From positions 11,284,001 through 11,348,000 of the forward strand of contig NC_043015.1 of the NCBI RefSeq assembly GCF_006345805.1: a stretch of DNA of 64,000 nucleotides. The letters are read 5' to 3'. A program made the translations under genes and the position numbers. The notes below the pieces were generated by a model, which was given only the letters and a program-made list of their open reading frames with translations, did no database searches and had not been told where the DNA came from. Shown here piece by piece: positions 10,528 through 24,441 of the stretch (positions within the stretch are counted from its first letter, which is position 1; the number at the start of each line of letters is the position of its first letter). The stretch comes from Octopus sinensis. Taxonomy: Eukaryota.

Positions 10528-13500
10528 CACGTGATGTCACACATCACAGACAAATGATAATGAAATAGATAATGGAATCTGAGATTGATGATTTCCGAAA
10601 TAAACCACGTGACCATCACTCTTGTTATACATTCTATTATACATCGCATAGTACTTCCTATACAAATAAGCATAAGAAAGCATGTATGTATATATAACCT
10701 ATATATATGTTCTTATGGCTGTATGTTCATAAACGCACAGAAACAAACGTACATACGTACACATAGAGTCACACATCCACAAACACACTCACACATATGT
10801 AGATAGGTATATGTTTGTGTCTTTATGGATGTGGAGCCGGAAAAGACAGAAATAGAGATGAATTTCAAATTATTATGCATCCAAGAATTCCCGAGAGCAG
10901 AATAGTTAAGGAGTTTAATTTCATCATATGTTAGTACAAACTTAACGATTACAACCTTCTTGTATACAGCCTACTTAATCAGAAATACACTATTATTTGA
11001 ATCAATCGGCTGGCACTATATACATTAATAAATTACGACTACAAACCGAAGCATACTAAAGAAGTGCGCAACCTTAAGAAAAGTGACTAATCTGTCTTCA
11101 GACATTGATATTGTTAACAAAGCCGCTCTATAGTACTAAGATGTACTCGCTAGACAACACATCAATGAGATGCTAGTATACACAGTGAACCACGCATATT
11201 TATGAGAGATATATGAAGAGAAAGGAAACCTGATTAAAGATAACTGAAGTTGGTTATTACCGCAATATATTAAAGAACTTTACATCTCTAACACATTTTC
11301 GAAGATAGATTACAAGAATCCAACAACCATCAACAATTTCGGAATTAGCTACTTTTACCTCAACAACCAAATTGTAACTGAAAAATTTGTGCACATTAAA
11401 TAAAGAGATTTCTGCTTTAAACCCATAGAAGCCACAATTGAGTTGGGTTCCGGGTTCTGACTTAAACATTGTTTAATAATTAATTTTTTTTAAATAGTAA
11501 GATACGATTTGAAGTAAATTGGAAGTCTGCTATTTTTTCTGGACTATACAGGTCTACATTCTTGCCTCGTGTAGTGTTGGTATTTATAGTTGTGGTATTG
11601 GAATTGTAGTGGAAGAGGGTATGGCTGTGGATTAGAGGTTTCGTATTGGTTTTCAGTTTTGTGGTTGAATTCATTTTGATGATATCGGACATCTATAAAA
11701 TACCTGACCTGGCGGGACGAGAGAATTATCACCCGGCGCACACTACGAACATTCTGAGAAGTATTATTAACATCTACATACAATCACATAAGAAGACATA
11801 TAAAATTCTGCATTCATGTTCCGATTCTGGGGATTCTTCATCAATAACAGATTATTTCTGATAAAATCTCTCCAAACTCCTTTGATTCTCGAAGCTGTTT
11901 GATTTGCGAAATACAAAATTTTCATATATTAAATCAACCCGTTTCATCACTCGCTCGGAGATCAAAGATATCATTTAATTGCTGTCACCAGAGGAATTTC
12001 CTCTGACCTTACAATCAAACACTACTGATTCTAATCTAGAATTATCAAATTCAGTAAATATTACGTAATAATCTTTCCATGATGATAAGTCTGGCCTGAT
12101 GAAAGGCCTCTTACACAATAGTATTCCACTTACCAATACTAGAACTTCGTTTTAAGGCAGCAAGCTATCAGAATTTTAAGCATGCCGGACAAAGTGGTTA
12201 GCAGTATTCCCTCCGTCTTTACGATATGAGTTCAACATTCGCCGAGGTCGACTCCATTTTTTTTTTTCTTTTAGGGGGTCTATAAACTAAGTCCCAGTTG
12301 AAAACTGGGGTCGATATAATCGACTAATTACCTCCCCAGAAATTACTTACTGGCCTTGGGCCAAAATTTGAAACCAATATTAGAACTTGCTACATTCCTG
12401 ATAGCACAACACACCTTAACGAATGGGAATCATGCAGACGAGATAAATATTGTAATACTTTTCGCGTGTGGAAGTTCGGCTGGCAACCGAACGAGTCATC
12501 AGGCGGTTGATATTATAGGTTTGTGTGTTTTGTGTATGTGTGCGTGGGTATTACTGTGTGCGCGTGTCTGTGTGTGTTTACATGTGTGCTTATGTGTGTG
12601 TTAATGTGCGTGTGTGGGTGTGTGTGTGTGTGTATAAAATATTGTTGAAATGAAACTGTAAGATAGAGTTAAAACGTTACTGAACGTCAGTACAATGGAA
12701 GTTCAAAAATATTTACACGAGAAGAAATGTAAAACTTAACGAAATCTCAAATCAGAAGAAACAGCTCACTGCACCGAAGTGCACATTTTCGTGGCGATGC
12801 GGGTAAGTGTTCTAACATTCGTTGATGTTGCTGCTTGCTAGCACAAACGGAAAGGAAAGAACAATCAATAAATGTAGCAGTATTATGTGTCCGTGTGTAT
12901 GCGCGTGTATGAGAGATTGGGGCGATAGAGGGAAGGAGGGAGAGAAAGAGAGAGAGAGAGAGTATGTACGTGAAATGAGGTTATGTTAAATTGTCGGTGC
13001 TATTTCGTGCATACAGGAAACTTTTTGCGTCTGTCATAAAAAATGAAACTTAAGTCTAATGTAACAACGCTACTGGAGAAAATTTACTTTTTAGAGTTAT
13101 TTTGATGTACGAACATGTGACAAAATTTCAGTTGAAGGGGAATGCACGGAGGAATAAAATCAAACACTTGGTTGTACGTTGTTGAATGAAGAACAAAAAC
13201 AACGCTTGTAAAAACAAAGAACTTCAGTAAAACAAAGGCCAAGACAAGAACGTTGTGAAGTTGAAAGATTTCGTGAGTTTCATTTTCAGCTCCATTTGCA
13301 AGATTGCTTCTCAAGTTAATAGATCTTAAATTATGGCCAAATGAAGAAATAAACATTCAAGTTAAGCGCAATAACAATGGTAGTGATAGAGAGAATAAGT
13401 TCGTGTTCCATTCTATTTTATTCAATAATCTCAACCATTCTATTTAATTCAATACTTTCAAATGCTTCTCAGTGGACAGAGGTATCCATCACATGAATAA

Positions 13501-14171
13501 CTGTTGAGTGCGTTTCACGTGACTAGAACTGGCATTTTTAGATATACATATATCATTAAATTACCCTCTGAGGACCCCATTTTTCGAAAATACCTCCTAG
13601 CCTACAAAGCATTCTAGTAGAGTATATTATATTCTAGTAGAGTATATTATATTGTTTATCTTGTTGCTTAAATGTTTGCTTGTCTGTTTGTTTGTTTTGT
13701 TGTTTGCTCTGTGTAAACTACATTTGGAAGCATAAACTGTTAATGACAAACAATTACTTAAATTTGTCAGTCAGAAGATTTACAAAAAATTCTGAAGTCT
13801 AGTTTACGCACACGTAGCTTTACCTCGAATACATAAGAACTTTTGAAATGCATCGTTATATTTGTACTTAAGACAAAAGGAAACATTTTCATTTACATAT
13901 ATTGCTGCAAATCAAAGAGAAAATGTAAAGAATAGTTTTGCAATCGAAGGTACATGTATATTCTCGGAAAGAGATCTTTCACGAGACCCTAACCATGCAA
14001 CTAATATATCATTTTAGGAAACCGCATTTGTAAGAAATTATAGACACACATACACGTGCGTTTCTTATCTCTGCTTCAGGAAAGGCAGTAGTAACCATGG
14101 CTCTTTACAAAATTTGTGGCAATAAATTATTCCCAATGAAACCAGATATCTGGTCCAAACGCAACCACGTG
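10528..14171. promoter_or_regulatory. Cluster of CACGTG E-boxes (putative regulatory region)
   Basis: CACGTG at 10528, 10606, 13516, 14053 and 14166, in mostly unique sequence. Function is not shown by the sequence. Confidence 0.3.
12154..12380 (+). mobile_element. SINE family 1
   Basis: aaggcagcaagct..gagttcaa..gccgaggtcgac..ggggtcgatataatcgact..ccaaaatttgaaacc. Confidence 0.82.
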
Positions 14172-14399
14172 AGAACAGTTACATATATTAAATTTGCCAG
14201 GAGTTACAGTAAGATAGGAAGACTGATTATGCCTATCACTCACGTAAACCATGCTGAGATTTGAATTTAGAACACAAAGAAGCAGAAAAATAGCAGAAGG
14301 ACTCCAGTAGATTTTTTTCACTCCAATAACCAAGTCTACTGGAGGGATAATATTTCATTTCCCCTTCTATTTTTCGTTGTTGAAAAAAGGATTTTAATT

Positions 14400-15310
14400 T
14401 CATGGAAACTAGATATTACTAATAACTTAATCACATAGAGTAGTCAAGGAGGTTCTCACGTTTGGAAATCTAGTAACAGATGATGAAATATTTGAACATG
14501 TAAACCAATACACCTATCTTAGGCAAATGATAAGGATAAAGAATAAAAATCAGAAATAATTTGAACAACGAATGCACTTAAAATGGGCAACTGTTGGTAA
14601 ACTTGAATCACGCCATGAGCAGTAATTTAGCCATGTGTCTAAAAAGACAAGTCTTCTTTACTCTGTGCTGCCAACTATTGCGTATTCATGAGAAACATCG
14701 ACTATAAAACAAGGATATTGGTTTCACACTTTAGCACAAGGCCAGCAATTTCGGGGACGGGGTACGTCGATTGAATCGGCCCTAGTGATCTACTGGTACT
14801 TATTTTATCGACCCTGAACAGATGAAAGGCAAAGTCGACATTGGCGGAATGTGGACCCAGAACGTAAAGACGGACGAAATACCATTAAGCATTTTGCTTG
14901 GTACGGTAACGTTTCTGCCAGTTCGCCGCCTTAACAAACAAGAATTTCGAAAGTAAATTAGGAGCAAGACAAAGAATATGCAAAGGAAAATGCTGAAGAA
15001 CGACAAAATGGAATAGTGGAGAAACAACAGGGTAAGTGTCGCAACATATTTAACGGATATTATCTGGAAGATAAAAACTCTGAAATTGCTTTTTGCGGGA
15101 CATAGGTTTAGATGAAGGAACAATAGATGGAATACCAAATTCACAGCGTCGAGACCACGTGCAGGAAAAAGAAGAGGAAGACCACGCAGAAGTTGGAATA
15201 AAGATTGTGCTAGATTCTTTGGCCTGAAACATGGGTGAGGAGAGCATTAGACCGCGGGCGGTGGTGAGAATATATTGCGACATTCATCCAACAGTGGACT
15301 GAACACGTGC
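14400..15310 (+). mobile_element. RTE-clade LINE 3' remnant, interrupted by a SINE
   Basis: Degenerate frames: YLGQM, KWATVGKL, NLAMCLKRQVF, LPTIAY, LKLLFAGH, NRWNTK, RPRAGKRRGRPRRSW, IQQWT. These match the typical RTE C-terminus. Confidence 0.8.
14714..14935 (-). mobile_element. SINE family 1 nested in the RTE
   Basis: Reverse-complement family body, flanked by aaacaag at 14707-14713 and 14936-14942 (candidate TSD). Confidence 0.88.
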
Positions 15311-15709
15311 GAGTATAACGGTTACAGTATACAATAATTTTAAAAGATTTATAAAACGTTTGCTGCCTTTTCAATTTTGATGGGAACCCGCGATTCTTAT
15401 GACACAACTGCTTTGTTTGTTCAGTACACATCTTTTTGAAAATTATTTGCATTTATTCAAAGACATTTCTTTTGGAAGGGTTACCTTATAAATTACAGCA
15501 TTACAAGAAAAGAGAAAAAACAGATAAAAAAGGAAAGGAAAGCAAAATCTGTAGCTAGAAAGTAAAATATAATTGGCAATATCAAGCAAGAACTGACCTT
15601 ACTAGAAGCGAGGTCATTTCATATATATATTTGGTACAGAGTAAACGTTTCAAAATGTTCCGTTATAGTACCTCTCAAATAAAGTCTAAAAGTGCTCAGC
15701 ACACTCAGC

Positions 15710-15743
15710 GGTTAGTAGTAGAAGTAGTAGTAGTAGTAATAGG

Positions 15744-15792
<49 letters not shown>

Positions 15793-15810
15793 CAGCAGCA
15801 GCAGTAGCAG
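15710..15810. repeat. (TAG)n/(CAG)n microsatellite
   Basis: Visible triplet array. Confidence 0.95.
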
Positions 15811-16228
15811 CTTTTATTACTGTTTCTGATACAGAAACAGACCCAGAAAATTTGAGGGGACGCGTTAATTGATAACAATAAACTCAGCACAGGGTTTGTC
15901 CATCAATTTATCGATCCACGAGGGATTTGAACTTAGAACTTAAAGAGGAACTGGTTTCTAGGTTTGTGATTCGTTTTCATTTTATAGCTCTCTAGCAAAT
16001 TATTCATGTCAATTTATGGCTTCGTGCGATACATTTTTTATTTCGTTTCTTTTTCTTCTTTTTGCCGTTTTGATATCTGCTCCGGTGTTTGTATGCATTT
16101 CATTCATACGATACAACTTCTGTTTGGTTTGTCTATTTTCATAGATGTGTTATTTGACATATTTGTGAAGATCTATTTTTCGCTGACCGATTCGATATCT
16201 GGTTTGTTTATTTGTTTGACTAGTTATA

Positions 16229-16665
16229 AATAAAGTGTATGCTTTGTTCGATTGTAGGCTAGAAGGCTGCAAACTTCCAAATTCCGAGCGTTATTTTGGC
16301 CAAAACAGTTTAACTCTCTACCGTTGATTCAATATGCACTTACAACAAAGAACAACGTTCTAATACTCTACACCGCAGAACTAAAACAACATATATAGGA
16401 AAGTATTAGCGCAAAACACATCTATACTCTACATAATATATGAAGGTGATGACATAACGCATTATAATGCTAAAAGAATCATACAGGTAACGTACACTTG
16501 TTATAAATAAACATCTGATGGCATACAAAATTTAACGGTCACAACATCATGTCGTGGATAATTTAATATGTTAACATTAAGCCTGTGTGGGCCTTGGCAA
16601 CAGTAGACACAAGGATAATATTCACCTGAAGATGACCCTATAACGGTTTAGAAAAGTTAAAAATC
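16229..16665 (+). mobile_element. Penelope-like element remnant (GIY-YIG endonuclease end and tail)
   Basis: Frame NKVYALFDCRLEGCKLPNSERYFGQNSLTLYR*FNMHLQQ fits the VY..C..C..Y.GQ..TL.RR..MH pattern. The tail contains ctgaagatgacc..ggtttagaaa. Confidence 0.55.
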
Positions 16666-16991
16666 GTTTGCAGATAGCATAAGTTCCGGACGAACTACAA
16701 GAAACTCATACGAAGATATGGATAAAAGGATGTTTACGAAATATAATAAAATAACACCTTTCTGCTTTCGATACAAAATACGCATACTAAAACACACACA
16801 CACACACACATGCATATATGAGTTTATGGGTGTGTTCATTTGTTATTTGTTTTTAATCCAAGTTCCTCTGTCTGCGTATATGCATTTGATTACACTTGTA
16901 TTTGACATTTTAGCACATTAGTATATGCATATATATACATATATACATATATGTGTGTGTGTGTGTGTGTATGTAAATGTAAATATATATA

Positions 16992-18245
<1,254 letters not shown>

Positions 18246-18794
18246 TAAAGGTATACACTGCCTGCCATATATATGTAGTTAAATGCAACTGTCTGCACGT
18301 AAATGTGCATATATGAATGACAAGTGACATGTGTGAATATGTGTCTTGGCGCATACATTTCTATGTTTGTAACTTGGATATAATATGCCGTGCATATTTT
18401 TTCTGCTTATCATATCTCAATATGCCATTGTGTTTCTTAAAACACTATTATGAGTCATTTACAGCAACAGCATTCCCCTTCCATTCTACTTAAACCTCCT
18501 TCATTCAATGCTGGGAGTGGTTTTCTATATTCGGTTCAAGATTTCAAGAATCCTGAATAAATATGATTTTTGTTACCAAGTATTTTGGCGTCTATTTTCA
18601 GCAACGAATATGCCTGCACCTGTTTTATGCAACTTGGCCAAGAATGTCTATTTACTTCCATTTTTTGTTTTGTTGTTATTTCGTTATTCTTTATATTTAT
18701 GTCTTCAAATCCATTTCTTCTTTATTTCTGTATTTCGATCTCACACCTTACATAATGTTACAACGCCTCCATTGCTTTGAAAGTTATCATTACC

Positions 18795-18796
<2 letters not shown>

Positions 18797-18866
<70 letters not shown>

Positions 18867-18880
18867 GTTATTACTATTAC

Positions 18881-18928
<48 letters not shown>

Positions 18929-18932
18929 CATT

Positions 18933-18963
<31 letters not shown>

Positions 18964-19332
18964 TATTATTATTATTATTATTATTACTATTATCATCATC
19001 ATCATCATCATCATCATGTTATCATCATTATCATCGTTGCTGTTGTTGTGATTCTTGTAGATTCATAGTTCTATTATTACGACGACGTATGCTTTCTGCA
19101 TAACCATGTCTCAGTATAATAGAGTGTGCATAATATCCATATGTTTCGTCGTTTGGTTGGGGGATGATTTTTATTTTACATTGACTGTATCCAACGCAAT
19201 ATATGTTCACTGAGTTATTGTGACATATAATGGATGTTTTGTGTGCGCAAGTCCTATAATATTCGTCGTAGAGTTTTTCCTTTGCATTTATTATCATCAT
19301 CATCATCATTATTATTATTATCATTATTATTA

Positions 19333-19418
<86 letters not shown>
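18797..19418. repeat. (ATT)n/(ATC)n arrays (about 18797-19050 and 19287-19418)
   Basis: Visible triplet arrays; source of the poly-I/Y/L ORFs. Confidence 0.95.
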
Positions 19419-22234
19419 GTGTTAGCTTACTTGTCTTCGAAATAGCCTCTGTTGCATAAGCATTCACATCTTATTCTGAAGTATTGCTGTCTCCATCTTG
19501 TTCCTACTGTTAGCTAATATTTTCTTTCTTCATTTACTGTATGCCTCTATATTTCAGGTTATTTTAGTTTATTTCGGTATTTCATATATTTTACTTGCTT
19601 TCATTACCATTACCTCCATACATTTAGTCATTGTTTCTGCTAAAATATTACTATAATGCTGATTGATACTCTTAATACGACTGCTTTTTTTTTTAATATA
19701 TTGTAATTCTATGCATATGCAATTTCTTTATTTTTATTTCAAAATATATGAAATGAATGTATGAATGAATAACGTATTGCATTAATGAATGCATTCTTCC
19801 TCTTCAAATAACATTCTTTTGTCCAAAAACACAGAAGCAACTAAACAAATAAATATTCATAAACATTAGTTTCAAAATACTTGGCTAAAGAAAATGGCAT
19901 TTATTTTTATACGAAAGGTCCTACATATATTCATTGTTTCTATATGTTTGCTTATTGATAAAACGAATAAAACACTGCAGGGATAAAAATGCTTAACAAC
20001 ACAAATATATGTTTTAGTTTAGAGAAAAGAAGAAAAAAATAACAGATAATAATGACCTGTTCAATCATGTATCGATTGGTGGAAGTTATTTTCCTTCATT
20101 TTTTGTGTTTTCTTTTTCTTTGTGAATTGTAGGAATTTGAAAAGAGCATCATTCACTTCAATCATTCAACAGATATATGGATTTCCTTATCTATTTACGA
20201 TAGATATTTCAATAATTTCGAAAATACCCAGGGAAAAATTGTCCGTTGTATAACGTATATCAATACAAGTTATTGAAATATTTTATTTCGAAATGAAGAT
20301 GAGATGAATAATATGATTTGCAACACACATAAGAATAATCTGAACAACTCTTACTGGTTTTTTCATTATTCTTCTTGTTGGTGTTGCTGTTTATACATTT
20401 ATTATTATTGTACAGGGGTCTATTAGTTCTAGGATGTCTCGGTCAACAAAGAATATGTCAACGAAAAACAAGTTCTTTGTTCCAGCGAAATTTTTTTCTC
20501 TTTTGAGAATAAATGATAATCACTTATAATTGTGGAAAATTCGACTGTCCTATGTGGAAATTGTTTTGAATTTGTGAAGACATTTAAGAGACTTCTATTA
20601 CAAATGGAACTGTGACAACAGTCGCTGCTGCTGCTGTTTCTACTACTACTACAACTCTCAATGGCGCGACAGACAAACGCGGGAAGGCCTTGAGGTTAAT
20701 AGACTGACTATTAGAAAATACATCTCGCGAGATATTTGAGTATTTCTCTCTGAAGAAGCAACATAGTACATCAGATCATGTGGAGGTAGACATCTGAAGA
20801 AACGAAGAGTTATTGATGCTTGGAAAAGCTTTGATCCTGTGTTACCGTTATCAGAGAAGACTTAGAACTAAACTAGCAATGCATCCTGGCGTTGCCCGGG
20901 TGTTATGACCTACATGCATATTGTAATATTTGCTCCTTTCTTATGGGCAGAATCAGCCCCACTGATATATAGTTAGTAGCATAATGGAAGTTATTGTTTG
21001 TTTAAAAGTGAATGGAGGGTACAATTTGAATGGGTTTGCATCAAAATGAGTTATTTCGCAAACTATGAGCTATTTCATGGTATAAAAGGGGGTTAATATG
21101 ATTTTGTCCAGAAATCACGTTTTCAAAATTTTAGTTTCCCTCCATCCTCAGCGCAATTTCTTAATTTGTAACTTTTACGTTTTCTATTATTTTTGTAATC
21201 TACGTACAAAATACAGAGATTAAAAACCAGGGAAATACATATATTCTTTTATAGTTTAATCATTTTTAAAAGAACACTCAAAGCCCCTTCCACAACCTCG
21301 CCCACCCATTACCTACTTGATTTCGCTTATGTTTGATGTTCTCTGCATGCGTAGAATTCTACAGAAATAGCAAACTTAAAAAACACCAGACCACCACCAG
21401 AAAACCTGACATGCTAGAAACAAGATGTACACGACATTATTTCTGATGAAACTTCCCCGCTTTCCAGAAAGCTAAAAGTGAGTATTTGGAAGCGTGTAGC
21501 TTTTTGAAAGAGGTGAGGTGACGGGTAAAATTCTCAAAGATTCGTACTTTTTGTTTTTTTCTCCATGGATTACCAAGAAAAAAATATTCGAAGAAAAGAA
21601 ATGAATTTGGCGGGGAGAGGGATAAAATTAAAATATTGAGAACGTGTTTTGTGGGTGAAATCCTAATGGTCTATATCGTAAATATATGAATCAGAAGAAA
21701 TCTAGGAAAAAAGTTAGGTAAGGGAGCGGAAATATCACCTCAAACATGCTAGAAATAAGAGGTAGAGGACACGATTTCTGGGAAAACTTTCTTTTAAGTA
21801 TGTATCGAAGATAAGGTTTTTATATACGCTCATCACAAACACAAATTGCAAAATAAAAAAGATCATTTCAATTGGATTTTAGCTATAGATTTTCTTGTAC
21901 ACACTGCAAGAAATAACATAATTCGCACAGAGATTGTACACACAGTGTCAGTGCGTGTGCGTGCGAGTGTGTGCGAGCGTGTGTGTGTTTGTGTGTGTGT
22001 GAAAGGAAATTATTTTATGGCAGTCTTTCGTTTGAAGAAGTAAAGTTGTCAACTCGACATATATGGGATCATATAATTGTTCGTTAATTTCCATAAAATT
22101 CTTGTAATTTCTTTATGCTTTGAAGAGAACAGAAATTGAAAGAGAGGATAGAGTGAAAAAGCGACATTTGCTTTGAAGTGAGAGGAGAAAGTGAAAGATG
22201 TAAGTGTATATGAAATGGATGTGTGTGAGCGAGA

Positions 22235-22345
22235 GAGGGAGTGTGAGTGAGTGCGTGAGTGAGTGAGTGAGTGAGTGAGTGAGTGAGTGAGTGAGTGAGT
22301 GAGTGAGTGTGTGTGTGAGTAAGTGAGTGAGTGAGATAGTGAGTT
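22235..22345. repeat. (GAGT)n microsatellite
   Basis: Visible array. Confidence 0.95.
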
Positions 22346-22799
22346 AGTGAAGGTGTGTGTTGTGATGTATGAATTTTCTTTGCATATATGTGTGAGTGTC
22401 ACTCACTCGCCCTCTCTCTCTTTCTCTCTTACTCACACACACGTTATCTTTCATATACACGTACAAAAATAGGCGGAGGCAAAGAATACGTACCCTAAAT
22501 CTAAACACCGGGTGTGCGTAATTCCACCTTCGCCCATAAATACACATGCTGATATCAACATAATGAGAGAAAAAATTTTATAACGTTTAACTTTCACTTT
22601 TGTTGGATTTTGTGACATCTATTCTATTTTAGAGTTTAGATATGTGTGTTTGCATACATATGTATTCATGTAGGCGCTTTATGTGTGTGTATCTATGTGT
22701 ATATGTATGCATATGAATGTATATGAATGTATATGTATGTATGTATGTCGTGTGAATCCAGGTGTGTTCACAATATATTTACATTATTAAGAACGTCAT

Positions 22800-23200
22800 C
22801 AGAAGATTTGAGACGCGTTCCGAAACTCGGATTTGCATGCATTTTAAAAGAAAACCCATAATCTTATAAATTTTCTGATTACTAATTTCAAATATCTTTT
22901 TAAAATAACATCTGCAAACCGCTTGTATTCGTTTGATCTTTGGCCCACATAAAATGTATTTTGACGTTGTACATATCTGAATTTGAACTACGTACACTTA
23001 TTTACAGATAAGTGACGGTGACTTCAATCCTGTTACTTTGCAACTGGTATTCAATTTCGTCTGTGATTTGAAGCTCACTAAATCGACATTGCGTCAAAGA
23101 GCGGACGATTCGAGACATGCATTCCCCTGAATTTAATATATTGTATCCTTCACTGGCTCACTTTACTTACGACTCAATAACTTGGGCGAAATAGCAACCA
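22800..23200 (-). mobile_element. Possible Penelope-like GIY-YIG remnant
   Basis: Minus-strand frames VYVVQIQICTT and TFYVGQRSNEYKRFAD join across a frameshift into a VY.I.C..C..FYVGQ..RF-like motif. Confidence 0.35.
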
Positions 23201-23554
23201 AAAGCCTCTAAAATTATTGAACAATCCAGTCCTGGAAAAAGAGAATGTATACATATGATGTGATACTCAAGAGAAAGACACACCTATGAATGATATTTCA
23301 AAACACAATAATAGTTGACTCATTAAGCTAAGTATAAATACAGCAATGAATTTCTCTTGGAAAATAACAGAACTTATTCAGTTTTTTTAGATATACAATA
23401 CATGCAATATAATTTTTTGAAATTCTCTTTAAAAAAAAATTAAGATATTGTATCGACGTTATGTACAGCTTGTAAAATTCTAAGCTCACCACTACAGTAT
23501 TATATATTATGGGTTTTGCAGACCAATACAGTGACGTGTGGTATAGGCTGGTCA

Positions 23555-23755
23555 TTAGGAACTATCCCTAAAGATTTGAAAAGATGGATAGAGGAAATAC
23601 CTATAAAACCTAGTTTAGTACAGTTCCAGGAAACAGTGTTATTAGAGACAGCTAGGGTACTTAGGAGAGTTCTTGGCATCTAAGGCTACATGTTGTGGCC
23701 CGATGTTAGGTATTTATCTTTTCTAGCAGTAAAATTTGTTGTGCGTATATGAGTA
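23555..23755 (+). mobile_element. R4/Dong-like RLE LINE, extreme 3' end
   Basis: LGTIPKDLKRWIEEIPIKPSLVQFQETVLLETARVLRRVLGI* (23555-23683), homologous to the end of the ORF at 58741-59400, then a short 3'UTR and an (AAG)n/(AAC)n tail. Confidence 0.8.
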
Positions 23756-23796
23756 AGAAGAAGAAGAAGAAGAAGAAGAACCACAACAACAACAAG

Positions 23797-23848
<52 letters not shown>

Positions 23849-24399
23849 ATAACAATATCGACAAGACAGCAAACTGTTACATATGAGAATCTATTAAGTA
23901 ATAAGTGCTTGTGATGGCGAAGGATGGTAAGCGATTCCCTTAAACACACTTTACGAATACTCAGGTTTGTGCTTTATGGGAGAGCCTCACTTTCGATGGA
24001 CCAAGAAAGGGTGTATGGAACATTGTGTGATTTGAGTTGTGTATATAAGTTGCTAATGAGGTAGATAATTTAGAATTATACATGCATACATACATACATA
24101 CATACATACATACATACATACATACATACATACATACATACATACATACGTAGTACGTACGTACCTACGTATGAGTTCATACGTACATACGTACGTATAT
24201 AATACATACATACATACATACATATATAAATACATACATACAAGCGAGGCTGTATGTTAAAAATTTATACATTTTAAATATGTTTATATGTTTGTTAGTC
24301 GAAAAAATCTGGAGTTGAATTTGTTTCCTCGGGTTTAGAAAGAGAATATTTTGGGAATGATTCAGATGTTCTTTGCTATTTTGAATTAGGGTATATATA

Positions 24400-24441
<42 letters not shown>

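Noticed and set aside
11646-11861. IYKIP..ENY frame as a GIY-YIG endonuclease
   Set aside because: It lacks the CxxC and YIG residues and the flanks show no Penelope similarity; probably coincidental.
12440-12515. Minus-strand CTGATGA..hairpin..GAAA as a hammerhead ribozyme
   Set aside because: The 6-bp hairpin gttcgg/ccgaac is real, but the bases next to CUGAUGA and GAAA do not close stem II and stems I and III are absent.
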